From the IMG/VR virus record IMGVR_UViG_3300035676_000024, positions 1 through 37,109 of that record: a DNA stretch of 37,109 nt. The stretch is one strand, 5' to 3'. The notes beneath the pieces are model-generated. The model had not been told where the DNA came from. It made no database searches and saw only the letters and a list, made by a program, of their open reading frames with translations. Shown here in pieces: positions 25,251 through 34,045 of the stretch (within the stretch, counting starts at the first letter, position 1; every line of letters starts with the position of its first letter). A program made the translations under genes and the position numbers. Origin of the DNA: a virus (lineage: Duplodnaviria; Caudoviricetes).

Positions 25251-25547
25251 TCAGACTGTTTGAAGCTCTTCCTTGGCAAAGTAGATGCCATCCATGTACG
25301 CATTGATAAGGTCGTACAGGTGTCGTTTAGTGGTGTGGTAGCTAATGATGGGTGTGCGAACACCGCCAGACTCGTTAGCCATGCGATGCAAGCAAACACC
25401 ACCATAAGCGTGTGACAGGTGGAAATTGCCAATGTTGGCGACATTCTTCCCGTCTACTGTTGACCAGGGAGTCAGGGGAAAGCCTGTAAGCTCGTTAAGA
25501 CGGCGGACACGGGCCTGAAGCATTGAGTCAGTGATACGGTCAGACAT
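25251..25547 (-). CDS. Hypothetical early protein
   Basis: 98 aa, GGAGGTTTCCACC-ATG; GNFHLSHAYGGVCLHRM-NE-GG motif. Confidence 0.8.
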   Translation of the reverse strand: MSDRITDSMLQARVRRLNELTGFPLTPWSTVDGKNVANIGNFHLSHAYGGVCLHRMANESGGVRTPIISYHTTKRHLYDLINAYMDGIYFAKEELQTV

Positions 25548-25627
25548 GGTGGAAACCTCCAGTAGTTGAGTTAGGGTCTTGATGCTAGCGCATCTTGTAG
25601 GGGCTGTGCAAGCCCCTAGGGGATGGG

Positions 25628-25807
25628 TTAGGCTTGTTTGTAGGCTTTGGCGTGTTCGTATTGCTGGCTAGCCCATTTGTCGATAGCCACAATGTCCCTG
25701 TCGTATTGCTCTTGGGTGATTTGGTTTGTCAGCAAGTGCCTGTCCAGTCGGTCAATTGCAACCTCTACCCTATGCTCGATCTGATCTTCTGTCAGTACGT
25801 CAAACAT
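25628..25807 (-). CDS. Hypothetical early protein (59 aa, not in ORF track)
   Basis: GGATGTTTCCATC-ATG; MFDVLTEDQIEHRVEVAIDRLDRHLLTNQITQEQYDRDIVAIDKWASQQYEHAKAYKQA. Confidence 0.75.
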   Translation of the reverse strand: MFDVLTEDQIEHRVEVAIDRLDRHLLTNQITQEQYDRDIVAIDKWASQQYEHAKAYKQA

Positions 25808-25834
25808 GATGGAAACATCCTTTGTGTGTGTGTT

Positions 25835-26011
25835 TCAGGCTTGCAGATCGAAGTAGTGTTTAAGCCCGTTCTCTTTCACAAAGACAGGCTCTATAGCCAT
25901 ATCTATGGCATTGGCTAACCATTCACCGATAAGGCCAGGACAGTCCTCAGACCCGAGATATCTAGCAGTGTTAGGCATAGTCATAGGCGTGGCAGGGTAA
26001 TGTGGAATCAT
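25835..26011 (-). CDS. Hypothetical early protein (58 aa, not in ORF track)
   Basis: GGAGGTTTCCACC-ATG; MIPHYPATPMTMPNTARYLGSEDCPGLIGEWLANAIDMAIEPVFVKENGLKHYFDLQA. Confidence 0.7.
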   Translation of the reverse strand: MIPHYPATPMTMPNTARYLGSEDCPGLIGEWLANAIDMAIEPVFVKENGLKHYFDLQA

Positions 26012-26084
26012 GGTGGAAACCTCCGTCTAGTTCGCTGCGACAGTACAGCCCATAGCACCCTCTAGGATGCTACAGGCTGGATTG

Positions 26085-26243
26085 TCAGATATCAGAGTGA
26101 ATCACAATCCACTCGATCAAATCAAGCACAGGCTCATAGATGCTAGCGATAGAGTCGAGAGCCTCTTGCTTGGCATAGCCCAGGCCCTCACCCTCACCAT
26201 AGCCAATCTCTGAGCCTTGATAAACAGCCGTCACTTGATACAT
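26085..26243 (-). CDS. First early gene, acidic 52-aa protein (not in ORF track)
   Basis: GGAGGTTTCC-ATG; MYQVTAVYQGSEIGYGEGEGLGYAKQEALDSIASIYEPVLDLIEWIVIHSDI. Confidence 0.7.
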   Translation of the reverse strand: MYQVTAVYQGSEIGYGEGEGLGYAKQEALDSIASIYEPVLDLIEWIVIHSDI

Positions 26244-26289
26244 GGAAACCTCCGATTAAGTTAGGACACTGCGTCTTGCAGTGACATCT

Positions 26290-26317
26290 ATTCTACACAT
26301 CTTTTCTAGTGTGTCAA
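26290..26317 (-). promoter_or_regulatory. Major early sigma70 promoter
   Basis: TTGACA-N16-TAGAAT, ~45 nt upstream of the first early ORF. Confidence 0.7.
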
Positions 26318-26339
26318 CACCCTAGACACAATTATTTTC

Positions 26340-26752
26340 TAGGTACAATCCCCAGTGTGATTAGGTACAGTGATTGCGATAGACTATAGACTACAATAGT
26401 CTAATGACTATAGACTATGATTATGTTAGTAGGTGTTAACATAGTAGTCTAAAGCACAGTCAAAGGGACAATGTACAAACAGGTTAGACTGTCACCCTCC
26501 GCCCCCTTGGGCGACAATGTAAATAGACTAGGGTTAGGGCGACAATCAGGGTAGTAGGCACGGGCTGTGCTTACGTCAATCAGTCCGGTCTGGTCTGAGC
26601 AGAGTCTAGGCTCAGGCTTGGGAAATGGGCAGGCAAGCAAGCCATCCGATCAGTCATCCCGTCATCGCGCCCAGGGAATGGGTTTTGAGGTGGTGTTTTG
26701 TGTGCCCCCCAACATGAACCCCCCATAAAAAAATTACGTTTTCCTGTAGACT
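26340..26752. repeat. Non-coding region with clustered TAGACT/AGTCTA hexamers and short direct repeats
   Basis: GACTATAGACTA at 26382 and 26406; TAGGTACA x2; GGGCGACAAT x2; about nine TAGACT/AGTCTA copies. Confidence 0.7.
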
Positions 26753-26799
26753 TGTTTTGATTGCAGTTGCCTATGCAATCAGGGAGTCTTCCTCCACTT

Positions 26800-26832
26800 A
26801 GACCAGCCACCACTTGTGCTGGTCTTTTTTTT
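26800..26832 (+). terminator. Rho-independent terminator-like hairpin ahead of the late arm
   Basis: AGACCAGC...GCTGGTCT followed by a T-run. Confidence 0.7.
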
Positions 26833-26866
26833 GTCTTAACATGAGGCTATATGTAGAGGTAGCGAG

Positions 26867-27091
26867 ATGACGATAGCTGCGATAGAGAAAGAAGTTGGAG
26901 TTGGTATGCCCAAGCCTCGGGTGGTGTATGCCTACCCGTATGAGGAGATGGATGTGGGTGACAGTTTTGTTGTTCCTGTGGTGGCTAGGGCCAAGGTCTT
27001 GAATGCGAACTACAGGGCTGGTAGGCGGTTGGGGTGGCGGTTTGAGGCCAGGACTGAGGGTGATGTTGTGCGGGTGTGGAGGGTCAGGTGA
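26867..27091 (+). CDS. Small putative DNA-binding protein, paralog of 24001..24210
   Basis: 74 aa, GAGGT RBS, YPYEEMDVGDSF...VRVWRV. Confidence 0.8.
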   Translation: MTIAAIEKEVGVGMPKPRVVYAYPYEEMDVGDSFVVPVVARAKVLNANYRAGRRLGWRFEARTEGDVVRVWRVR

Positions 27092-27315
27092 CTAGCTTGT
27101 TGTGGATGGATGAGGAGGAGTTACGGCAGATGTGTCATTTGCTGATGGCTAACCTTGTTTATTCGCAGGCCAAGCAGGAGATGTTGGTAAGGCAGGTTCA
27201 GGAGGCTGCGGCTGATGGCTACAGGATCGGATATGGAGATGCGGTGGCAGACCGAGCTTTACGACTCCCGCAAGCGTTTGCAGATGGAGTTGAAGAAGGC
27301 TTTGCTCTGCACTAA
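27088..27315 (+). CDS. Hypothetical protein
   Basis: Probable GTG start overlapping the upstream stop; GYRIGYGD motif. Confidence 0.6.
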   Translation: MTSLLWMDEEELRQMCHLLMANLVYSQAKQEMLVRQVQEAAADGYRIGYGDAVADRALRLPQAFADGVEEGFALH

Positions 27316-27469
27316 GAAGCGGGAGAAGATTGAGTTAGCTGCGAGGTGGAAGCAGGAGTACAGCGAGAACTTTTACAAGGAACTTATCCGCTGTGCCAAG
27401 AACAAGTCTGTTGCTGGCGACATCATTGAGTGGAATCTGGATGAGTTTGATAACAAGAAAACAAGATGA
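27233..27469 (+). CDS. Hypothetical basic helical protein upstream of terminase
   Basis: Stop overlaps the terL ATG; the start is uncertain (27215, 27233 or 27239). Confidence 0.6.
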   Translation: MEMRWQTELYDSRKRLQMELKKALLCTKKREKIELAARWKQEYSENFYKELIRCAKNKSVAGDIIEWNLDEFDNKKTR

Positions 27470-29223
27470 ACTTTGACCTAAAGAAGTTTTACAAGTTCTG
27501 CTCTGAACTCAAGATTGAGACGAAGGAGGAGGGCTTGAAGAAGATGGGTACGCTGCTGGGGACGCAGACGTATGTGATGGAGGAGATTCAGAAAGGGCTA
27601 GAGGAAGATGTTCACTTCTTCGTCATCCTCAAAGGCAGGCAGTTGGGTATCACGACTATTTCCCTGGCTCTCGATCTTTACTGGCAATTTACGCACCCCG
27701 GCTGGCAGGGAACGCTGGTTGCAGATACAGAGGAGAACCGAGACATGTTTCGGTCAACTCTTGCTATGTACATGGAAGGGTTGCCCAAGGAGTACAAGAT
27801 TCCGCTGGTGGCCCACAACAGGAACCAGATGGTTCTCAAGAACAGATCGCGTCTGTTCTACCAAATCGCTGGCAATAAGTCTCGTCTGGGGCAGGGTAAA
27901 GCTATCACTTACCTGCACGGTACAGAAACGGCATCATGGGGTAATGAAGAGGGTCTGGCTTCCTTGATTGCTTCTCTTGCAGAAAAGAACTCTGAACGGC
28001 TCTACATGTTTGAGTCCACAGCTCAGGGCTTCAACATGTTCCACGACATGTACAAGACTGCCAAGCGAGCAAAGACGCAGAGGGCAATCTTCTGTGGCTG
28101 GTGGCGTAACGAGTTCTACTCTGTTGCTGGTGACTCCCAGATTTACAAGGTGTACTGGGATGGCAAGCTCAAGTCAGAAGAAAAAGAGTGGGTCAAGGAA
28201 ATCAAGAAGCTCTACGGCGTAGACATCAACTCTAGGCAGATGGCGTGGTGGCGTTGGAAGATGCACGAGGGAATCAAGGATGAAACCTTGATGTATCAGG
28301 AGTTTCCTCCTACTGAAGACTATGCCTTTGTGATGACTGGCACAAGCTTCTTCTCGCACACGAGATGCACAGAAGCTGCCAAGCAAAGCAAGAAGAGGGA
28401 CTATGAAGACTACCGCTACAGTTTTGGTCAGTTGTTCCAAGACACCGAGGTGCTTAGAAGTACAGAAAGACTGTCTACGCTTCGCGTGTGGGAGCAACCC
28501 ATTGACTCGGCTTACTACGTTATTGGAGCCGATCCAGCCTACGGAAGCTCAGACTGGGCAGATAGATTTTGCATACAGGTGTTCAGATGCTACGCTGACG
28601 GCCTTGACCAAGTAGCAGAGTTTGCAACCAGTGAACTCAACACCTACCAGTTTGCGTGGGTCATTGCTCACCTTGCTGGAGCTTACAAGAACTCTACGCT
28701 TAACCTAGAGGTCAACGGCCCAGGTCAGGCAGTCATCAACGAGATACGCAACTTAAAACGCATGGCAAGCTCTATGGGTGGTCCTATGGGGCATGGCTTG
28801 ATGGATGTGCTTGGTTCTATGCAGAACTACATCTGGAGGCGTAACGACACCCTTGGTGGCCTGTCTAACAGTCTTGGCTACGTCACCACAGCATCGTCCA
28901 AGGAGAGGATGCTCAACTACATGAAAGACTATTTTGAGCGAGACATGATGCGTGTCTACAGCATGGAGTTGCTGGAGGAGATGAAGGGCATTGTGCGAGA
29001 CAGTGGCTTCTTGGGCGCTCCTGGTCGTGGCAAAGACGATAGAGTCATTGCTACTGCCCTTGCCAGCGTTGCCTTTGCAGAGCAGTTGCAGCCTCGCCTG
29101 ATAGCGCAGAAGATTACCCGCGACATCAGCAAGGCGCAGGAAGATTACACGCCTGAGCAGATTGCTGTTGGCAGAAACGTCAGCGACTACCTCAAGCGCA
29201 TAGGTTTGTATGGAACACAGTAA
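27466..29223 (+). CDS. terL: Terminase large subunit
   Basis: ILKGRQLGITT (Walker A), LHGTE (Walker B), ESTAQG coupling motif, nuclease residues IGADPA, LEVN, KDDRV. Confidence 0.93.
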   Translation: MNFDLKKFYKFCSELKIETKEEGLKKMGTLLGTQTYVMEEIQKGLEEDVHFFVILKGRQLGITTISLALDLYWQFTHPGWQGTLVADTEENRDMFRSTLAMYMEGLPKEYKIPLVAHNRNQMVLKNRSRLFYQIAGNKSRLGQGKAITYLHGTETASWGNEEGLASLIASLAEKNSERLYMFESTAQGFNMFHDMYKTAKRAKTQRAIFCGWWRNEFYSVAGDSQIYKVYWDGKLKSEEKEWVKEIKKLYGVDINSRQMAWWRWKMHEGIKDETLMYQEFPPTEDYAFVMTGTSFFSHTRCTEAAKQSKKRDYEDYRYSFGQLFQDTEVLRSTERLSTLRVWEQPIDSAYYVIGADPAYGSSDWADRFCIQVFRCYADGLDQVAEFATSELNTYQFAWVIAHLAGAYKNSTLNLEVNGPGQAVINEIRNLKRMASSMGGPMGHGLMDVLGSMQNYIWRRNDTLGGLSNSLGYVTTASSKERMLNYMKDYFERDMMRVYSMELLEEMKGIVRDSGFLGAPGRGKDDRVIATALASVAFAEQLQPRLIAQKITRDISKAQEDYTPEQIAVGRNVSDYLKRIGLYGTQ

Positions 29224-30052
29224 CCTGACCGTAGTGGCGGTGTACGGGCATAACGATGGCACAAGCGCCATAGCAAGCCTTGTCAAAAGCTCAACACAGT
29301 TACCGGGAAGTAAAGCTCTACTGCTAAGCCCTAGCAGGCCACCTACTTTGCCTTGGTTTGTGGAACACAAGGGAATCTTTCCGCTGGACTACTTCCAGTA
29401 CTCGTGGTTCATGATGTACGCCCTGCACAACTTCATAGACACAAGCCACGTTCTTGTGGTGCAGGATGACGGATGGGTAATAGATGGCAACAACTTCAAG
29501 CAAGACTGGTACAACTACGACTACGTAGGCGCTCCTACGCACTCTGCATTGACGGCAGACAAGTACTTCTACAACTGGACTTGGCAGCAAGAGCCTGACC
29601 CTAAACACATCATCCAAAACGGTGGCTTATCCCTGCGAAGCAAGAAGATGCTGCAAGCCCCAGGCAAGTACGGCGTGATGCACAAAGCGTTCAATGTTCA
29701 GCCGTTTTGTAACGAGGATGTGCAGCTAACAGGGTTCATGCGAACAGAGCTAGAACGGTGCGGAATCAGGTACGCTCCAGACCAAGAGGCCAAGTATTTT
29801 TCTGTAGAGTATTTCGGCCCTGGCTACCATGATGACTTTGACCTTGACAAGCTGTTCGGTTGTCACGGCCCTACCCGCAAGTTGGTTGATGGTCGCAAGC
29901 TCAAGATAGACACGACCAAGTACGAACCGCAGAACATGCACAAGGAAATGGCGTTTCTGGAATACCTGTTGAAGAAGGGGTACGAGATTGAGTACTTCAA
30001 ACAACCCGCTGAGCAAGACGGAACTCAAAAAGCAGATGCGCCGGTTTTATGA
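29210..30052 (+). CDS. DUF5672-like, glycosyltransferase-related protein
   Basis: HVLVVQDDGWV, YDYVGAP, NGGLSLRSKK, NEDV, FSVE, FGCH motifs. Confidence 0.75.
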   Translation: MEHSNLTVVAVYGHNDGTSAIASLVKSSTQLPGSKALLLSPSRPPTLPWFVEHKGIFPLDYFQYSWFMMYALHNFIDTSHVLVVQDDGWVIDGNNFKQDWYNYDYVGAPTHSALTADKYFYNWTWQQEPDPKHIIQNGGLSLRSKKMLQAPGKYGVMHKAFNVQPFCNEDVQLTGFMRTELERCGIRYAPDQEAKYFSVEYFGPGYHDDFDLDKLFGCHGPTRKLVDGRKLKIDTTKYEPQNMHKEMAFLEYLLKKGYEIEYFKQPAEQDGTQKADAPVL

Positions 30053-30389
30053 TGACAAAGACCGTGGCATTTCCATAGAACGTTTCTGCGAACTTGCTGG
30101 CATCTCTCTTCGCATGTTTCACTCTGTCTTCGTTTACGAGGAAGAGCCTCTGTCAGAGTACATCCAGATGCGTGTCAACAAGGCATACGCGCATTGGAAG
30201 GAAGGTTCTGTCCGTGTCATGCGTGACCAGAACCAGCGGCGCTACGTTGAGTACAGGCGCGTTCCTGAGCCGCCCATCATGAGGCAGATGAAACTACAGG
30301 TCACTCCAGAAGGCGTGAAGGTCAAGGTGGGCCTCGTCAACCGCCATGACTACAGCAATCCAAGTTTTGACGAGCAACTAAGAGGGTAA
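29988..30389 (+). CDS. Hypothetical protein with N-terminal HTH-like segment
   Basis: GISIERFCELAGIS motif; start uncertain (TTG 29988 or ATG 30036). Confidence 0.65.
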   Translation: MSTSNNPLSKTELKKQMRRFYDDKDRGISIERFCELAGISLRMFHSVFVYEEEPLSEYIQMRVNKAYAHWKEGSVRVMRDQNQRRYVEYRRVPEPPIMRQMKLQVTPEGVKVKVGLVNRHDYSNPSFDEQLRG

Positions 30390-30391
30390 AA

Positions 30392-30895
30392 ATGGCTGTC
30401 TTGAAAGACTATCACTGCGATATTCACGGTATTTTTGAAGCATGGGAACCCAAGTGCCCCATGAAAAACTGCAAGGGAGAACTCAGCGTAGTCTTCCTCA
30501 AGCCTGTCGGCCTCAAGTCAGACAAGACCAAGCGCACGGACAAGACCGTCAAGCAGCTTGCTATCGACTACGACATGACCGACATCAAGACAACCAGAGA
30601 AGGTGAACACCAGACCGGCTACCTCAAACGCCACAACCAACTGTCTGACAAACAGTTTGCAGAAGCAGATGCCGTCCTCAAAGAGCAGCAAAAGCAACAA
30701 GGACCGCGCCCTGGAGACCAAGCTATCTGGGGTGGTGGCGGCAATATCAGCATGAAATCCGTCATGGCAGGCCAATTTAAGCCCGTAAAAGACGAAGTAG
30801 TAGGTATAAACCCCAAGTCAGCAGGAAATTTGACGGGTCCAAAAGCCAGCGTTATCATGCAGGACCATGAGAACCTTCAGGTTAGCAAGCCATGA
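30392..30895 (+). CDS. Zinc-ribbon (FmdB-like) protein
   Basis: DYHCDIHGIFE...CPMKNC N-terminus; GAGGG RBS. Confidence 0.7.
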   Translation: MAVLKDYHCDIHGIFEAWEPKCPMKNCKGELSVVFLKPVGLKSDKTKRTDKTVKQLAIDYDMTDIKTTREGEHQTGYLKRHNQLSDKQFAEADAVLKEQQKQQGPRPGDQAIWGGGGNISMKSVMAGQFKPVKDEVVGINPKSAGNLTGPKASVIMQDHENLQVSKP

Positions 30896-32517
30896 GAATT
30901 CCAACTAATCCGATAGAGCGCGAGGATTTTTACCTTGAACTCATTGAGAAGTGTTTGGTTTCGCGTGAGCCGCGCAAGGTTGACTATGGTTCTTTGCGTA
31001 GTTGGTACTTGTTTGGCAATGGCCCTGATGAAGCGCCTGCCCTGTACAACAAAATCTACCCCCACATTGACCAGCTAACCAGCTTTTTGTACTCGGCAGA
31101 GACAACTCGCTTTAGCATCAACCTCGGGGCAAGCGTTCCTCCACAAGAAAACCACAAGGTTTCGGTGCTAAACCGCGCTCTCAATGACCGCTGGCTAGAC
31201 ACCAACGCAGACCAGAAGTTTTCCCTGGCTACAACTTGGTCACTTTGCTACAACAGCGGGTTTATCAAGCTAGTCATGAAGGGTAAAACCCCTCATCCGC
31301 ACTACGTAGAACCTGCTTGTATCGGCGTTTTGCGGGAAGACATCCCAGGTTTGGACAACCAAGAAGCCTTTGTCCACACCTACTACATCACAAAGTCTGA
31401 GCTTTACAGTCAGTTGTGGAGCCATCCGCAGCGAGAAGCCATCGTAAAGCGTGTTTCTGCCATGCCTCATGACCGTACCGACATCGCAAACGGTATTGAG
31501 CGCATCATCATGAACCAGACAAATCCAACTTTGTATGGCAACGTCAACCTAGATTTGGGTGGGATGAGTCGCTACAAAGCTGAAGTCGCAGAAGAAACCA
31601 TCGAAATGACTGAGTTGTACGTCTGGAATGACGACATTCAGGACTATCAAGTGGTGACAAAGGCCGATCCAGACGTAATCATCTACGACAGAGCTAACGA
31701 AAGCCTGTTCCTCAAGGGAGAAATCCCGTTCGTGCAGATTTGCCCGAATCCGCTGTACGACTACTTCTGGGGAATGTCAGAGGTTCAGCGTCTGGTCTTC
31801 CTCCAGCAGCTTCGTAACAAGCGAATGGCAGAAATCCTAGACCTGCTAAGCAAACAGGTCTCGCCACCTACTGCTCTGATCGGCTTTACCGGCATTCTGG
31901 ACGAAAAGAACTTCGCTCTTAACCGTGCAGGTGGTCTGCTGGCATCTGACATGCCAAACGCCAAGGTTGAGAAGCTAGCTCCGCAGATTCCTCCTGATCT
32001 ATTCCGCGAAATTGGCGAAATAGACAACATGTTTGAAGAAGCCAGTGGCATCGTCAATGTTTTGCAGGGTCGTGGCGAATCAGGCGTGAGGTCGTCAGGT
32101 CATGCTTCCCAGCTTGCCCGTCTTGGCTCCAGCCGTGCCAAGAAACGCGCCCTCGTCATTGAAGACTCACTGGAGAAAATGGCGACTTTGTACCTGCGCT
32201 GTATGCAAGAGTACGATGACACGCACTACGTTGACGACAACGGCAATCCTTTTATCGCAGCACAGTTCACCAACGACTACGTGGTGAAAGTGGACGCTCA
32301 CTCCAACAGTCCTATCTTCATGGAAGACCTGAGGACTTTGGCGTTTAGCTTATTCAATGCACAGGTTATCGACAAGGAATCCCTGCTAGACATGGTTGAC
32401 CCGCCCATGAAGCAGACCCTTAAAGACCGTCTAAAGAAGATGGAAGAGAAGCAAATGATCGAAAAGGCATTGGCTCCTCAACCAGAAGGTAGACCTCAAC
32501 TTAAACAGGTGGGATGA
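30892..32517 (+). CDS. Portal protein
   Basis: 541 aa between terminase and scaffold/capsid; P22/T7-like motifs IPFVQ...FWGMSEV--L--LQ and SGI---LQG.... Confidence 0.85.
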   Translation: MRIPTNPIEREDFYLELIEKCLVSREPRKVDYGSLRSWYLFGNGPDEAPALYNKIYPHIDQLTSFLYSAETTRFSINLGASVPPQENHKVSVLNRALNDRWLDTNADQKFSLATTWSLCYNSGFIKLVMKGKTPHPHYVEPACIGVLREDIPGLDNQEAFVHTYYITKSELYSQLWSHPQREAIVKRVSAMPHDRTDIANGIERIIMNQTNPTLYGNVNLDLGGMSRYKAEVAEETIEMTELYVWNDDIQDYQVVTKADPDVIIYDRANESLFLKGEIPFVQICPNPLYDYFWGMSEVQRLVFLQQLRNKRMAEILDLLSKQVSPPTALIGFTGILDEKNFALNRAGGLLASDMPNAKVEKLAPQIPPDLFREIGEIDNMFEEASGIVNVLQGRGESGVRSSGHASQLARLGSSRAKKRALVIEDSLEKMATLYLRCMQEYDDTHYVDDNGNPFIAAQFTNDYVVKVDAHSNSPIFMEDLRTLAFSLFNAQVIDKESLLDMVDPPMKQTLKDRLKKMEEKQMIEKALAPQPEGRPQLKQVG

Positions 32518-32684
32518 TGGCACAAGCACCCGGAACTTCGACCATGACCGCCCCCAAAGCTGACCAGCCACGGGTGGAAACGCGACAGTTGACCAAAGGC
32601 GAAGCAAGTCCTAACTTGACAATGCGTCAAACTGGGTTTAAAACCTACACCGGGCGTAGTCAACGTGACTACAACCGTCGATAA
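32517..32684 (+). CDS. Small protein (55 aa, not in ORF track)
   Basis: TGATG coupling; MAQAPGTSTMTAPKADQPRVETRQLTKGEASPNLTMRQTGFKTYTGRSQRDYNRR. Confidence 0.65.
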   Translation: MAQAPGTSTMTAPKADQPRVETRQLTKGEASPNLTMRQTGFKTYTGRSQRDYNRR

Positions 32685-32693
32685 GGAGCCATC

Positions 32694-32738
32694 ATGTACG
32701 GACGTAAGATGAAGCGTAGTCGCAAGACTCGTCGTTAA
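32694..32738 (+). CDS. 14-aa Arg/Lys-rich micropeptide (not in ORF track)
   Basis: TAAGGAG RBS 6 nt upstream; MYGRKMKRSRKTRR*. Confidence 0.6.
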   Translation: MYGRKMKRSRKTRR

Positions 32739-32745
32739 AAAACTG

Positions 32746-32784
32746 TCTGCAAAGGGCTGACATAAAATGCCCTTTACAGATTTT
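32746..32784 (+). terminator. Hairpin with short T-run (weak terminator/attenuator or processing site)
   Basis: TCTG-C-AAAGGGC / GCCCTTT-A-CAGA, then TTTT abutting the next RBS. Confidence 0.45.
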
Positions 32785-32795
32785 CAGGAGTTGTT

Positions 32796-33272
32796 ATGAG
32801 TGTGCCAGCAGATAAGTTGATGGAGTTGATGCGGGGAACCCGTTCGGCAGGTGCTGCTATGCCTGCACAGACCCCTGCTGTCGGTGAGCCTGAAGCGCCA
32901 CTGTCTCCTGCTGATAACGAAATTCCTCCGATCGCTGCCCCGATGTCCACTCCCGAACCCAAGATGGGTAGCCGGGAAGCTGCCATGATTAACATCAGCA
33001 TGGCGATGGACTTGCTGGAACAGTCTCTTCCCGCTCTTGGCGCAGATTCGGCAGAGGCACAGAAAGCCATGACTGCCATTCGCTCTCTGACAGAAGTGCT
33101 TGGTCCACGTAAAGGTCAGGTCAACGAACTACAGCAGTCTGAAATTCTTCAGATGCTGCAATCTCTCCCTCAAGCCGGTGGTGCAACGCCTGAAGGGAAA
33201 GCTCTAGCACAAGCACCCGTCCCCGGTATGCCCCCGCCTGCTGGCGGTATGCCGCAACCCACCCAAATGTAA
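32796..33272 (+). CDS. Pro/Ala-rich head morphogenesis-region protein
   Basis: 158 aa, AGGAG RBS. Confidence 0.75.
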   Translation: MSVPADKLMELMRGTRSAGAAMPAQTPAVGEPEAPLSPADNEIPPIAAPMSTPEPKMGSREAAMINISMAMDLLEQSLPALGADSAEAQKAMTAIRSLTEVLGPRKGQVNELQQSEILQMLQSLPQAGGATPEGKALAQAPVPGMPPPAGGMPQPTQM

Positions 33273-33282
33273 GGAGTCCAAG

Positions 33283-33465
33283 ATGGAACTTTTTAAGCCC
33301 CGTGGCAACGCCGCTCCGCGCCGTCCCACTGACAACAATCAGCAAAACGGTGTTGTCACCAACACTCCCCGTTATTCTGAACTCGGCGGTCTGACTGGCC
33401 CCAACAAAGTTGGCAAGTCCAGCATGGCAGTCAAGAAGCCCGGAGACGGTAAGCGGGTTATCTAA
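33283..33465 (+). CDS. Small basic protein
   Basis: 60 aa, AAGGAG RBS. Confidence 0.75.
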   Translation: MELFKPRGNAAPRRPTDNNQQNGVVTNTPRYSELGGLTGPNKVGKSSMAVKKPGDGKRVI

Positions 33466-33485
33466 TCTAAGTAAGAGGGTACATC

Positions 33486-34016
33486 ATGTCACTAGAAAAT
33501 CTTTCTCCAGAAGCACGAGACGAGTTGGCTGCACTGGCTCAGCGCCTTGCAGACAATCCTGAGACTCGTAAAGACTTCTTGCGTATGACCAAGAAGGTCA
33601 ATCCTAGCCTTCCTATTCCTGAGCTTGAGATTGAAGAAAAAACAAGCTCTGCTCTGGATCAGATGCGCCGGGAAAACGATGCTATTCGCGCAAAACTTCA
33701 GGCTAAAGAAGCCCAAGAAATGCTCGATAAGCGCCGTCAGTCTTTGGTGAAGAAGGGTCTAGTTGACAATGAAGACGAGATTGATGCCGTGGAAAAACTC
33801 ATGTTGGAGAAGAAAATCGCCGACCATGAGACTGCGGCACAGTATCACCAGTGGATGAAGCAAGCAGCAGTGCCGACTCCTTCCGGTTATCAACCTTCAG
33901 CAGTCAAATCTTTTGACCTGAACAAGTTCTGGAAGAACCCCGGTGTTGCCGCTCGTGAAGAAGCGGTGAAAGCACTCAATGAGCTGCGTAAACCTATGCG
34001 GCCTATTGGTTTGTAA
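33486..34016 (+). CDS. Putative scaffolding protein
   Basis: 176 aa charged helical protein immediately upstream of the capsid gene. Confidence 0.65.
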   Translation: MSLENLSPEARDELAALAQRLADNPETRKDFLRMTKKVNPSLPIPELEIEEKTSSALDQMRRENDAIRAKLQAKEAQEMLDKRRQSLVKKGLVDNEDEIDAVEKLMLEKKIADHETAAQYHQWMKQAAVPTPSGYQPSAVKSFDLNKFWKNPGVAAREEAVKALNELRKPMRPIGL

Positions 34017-34045
34017 AAGAGGGTATTTTTTCATAGGAGAGAACC

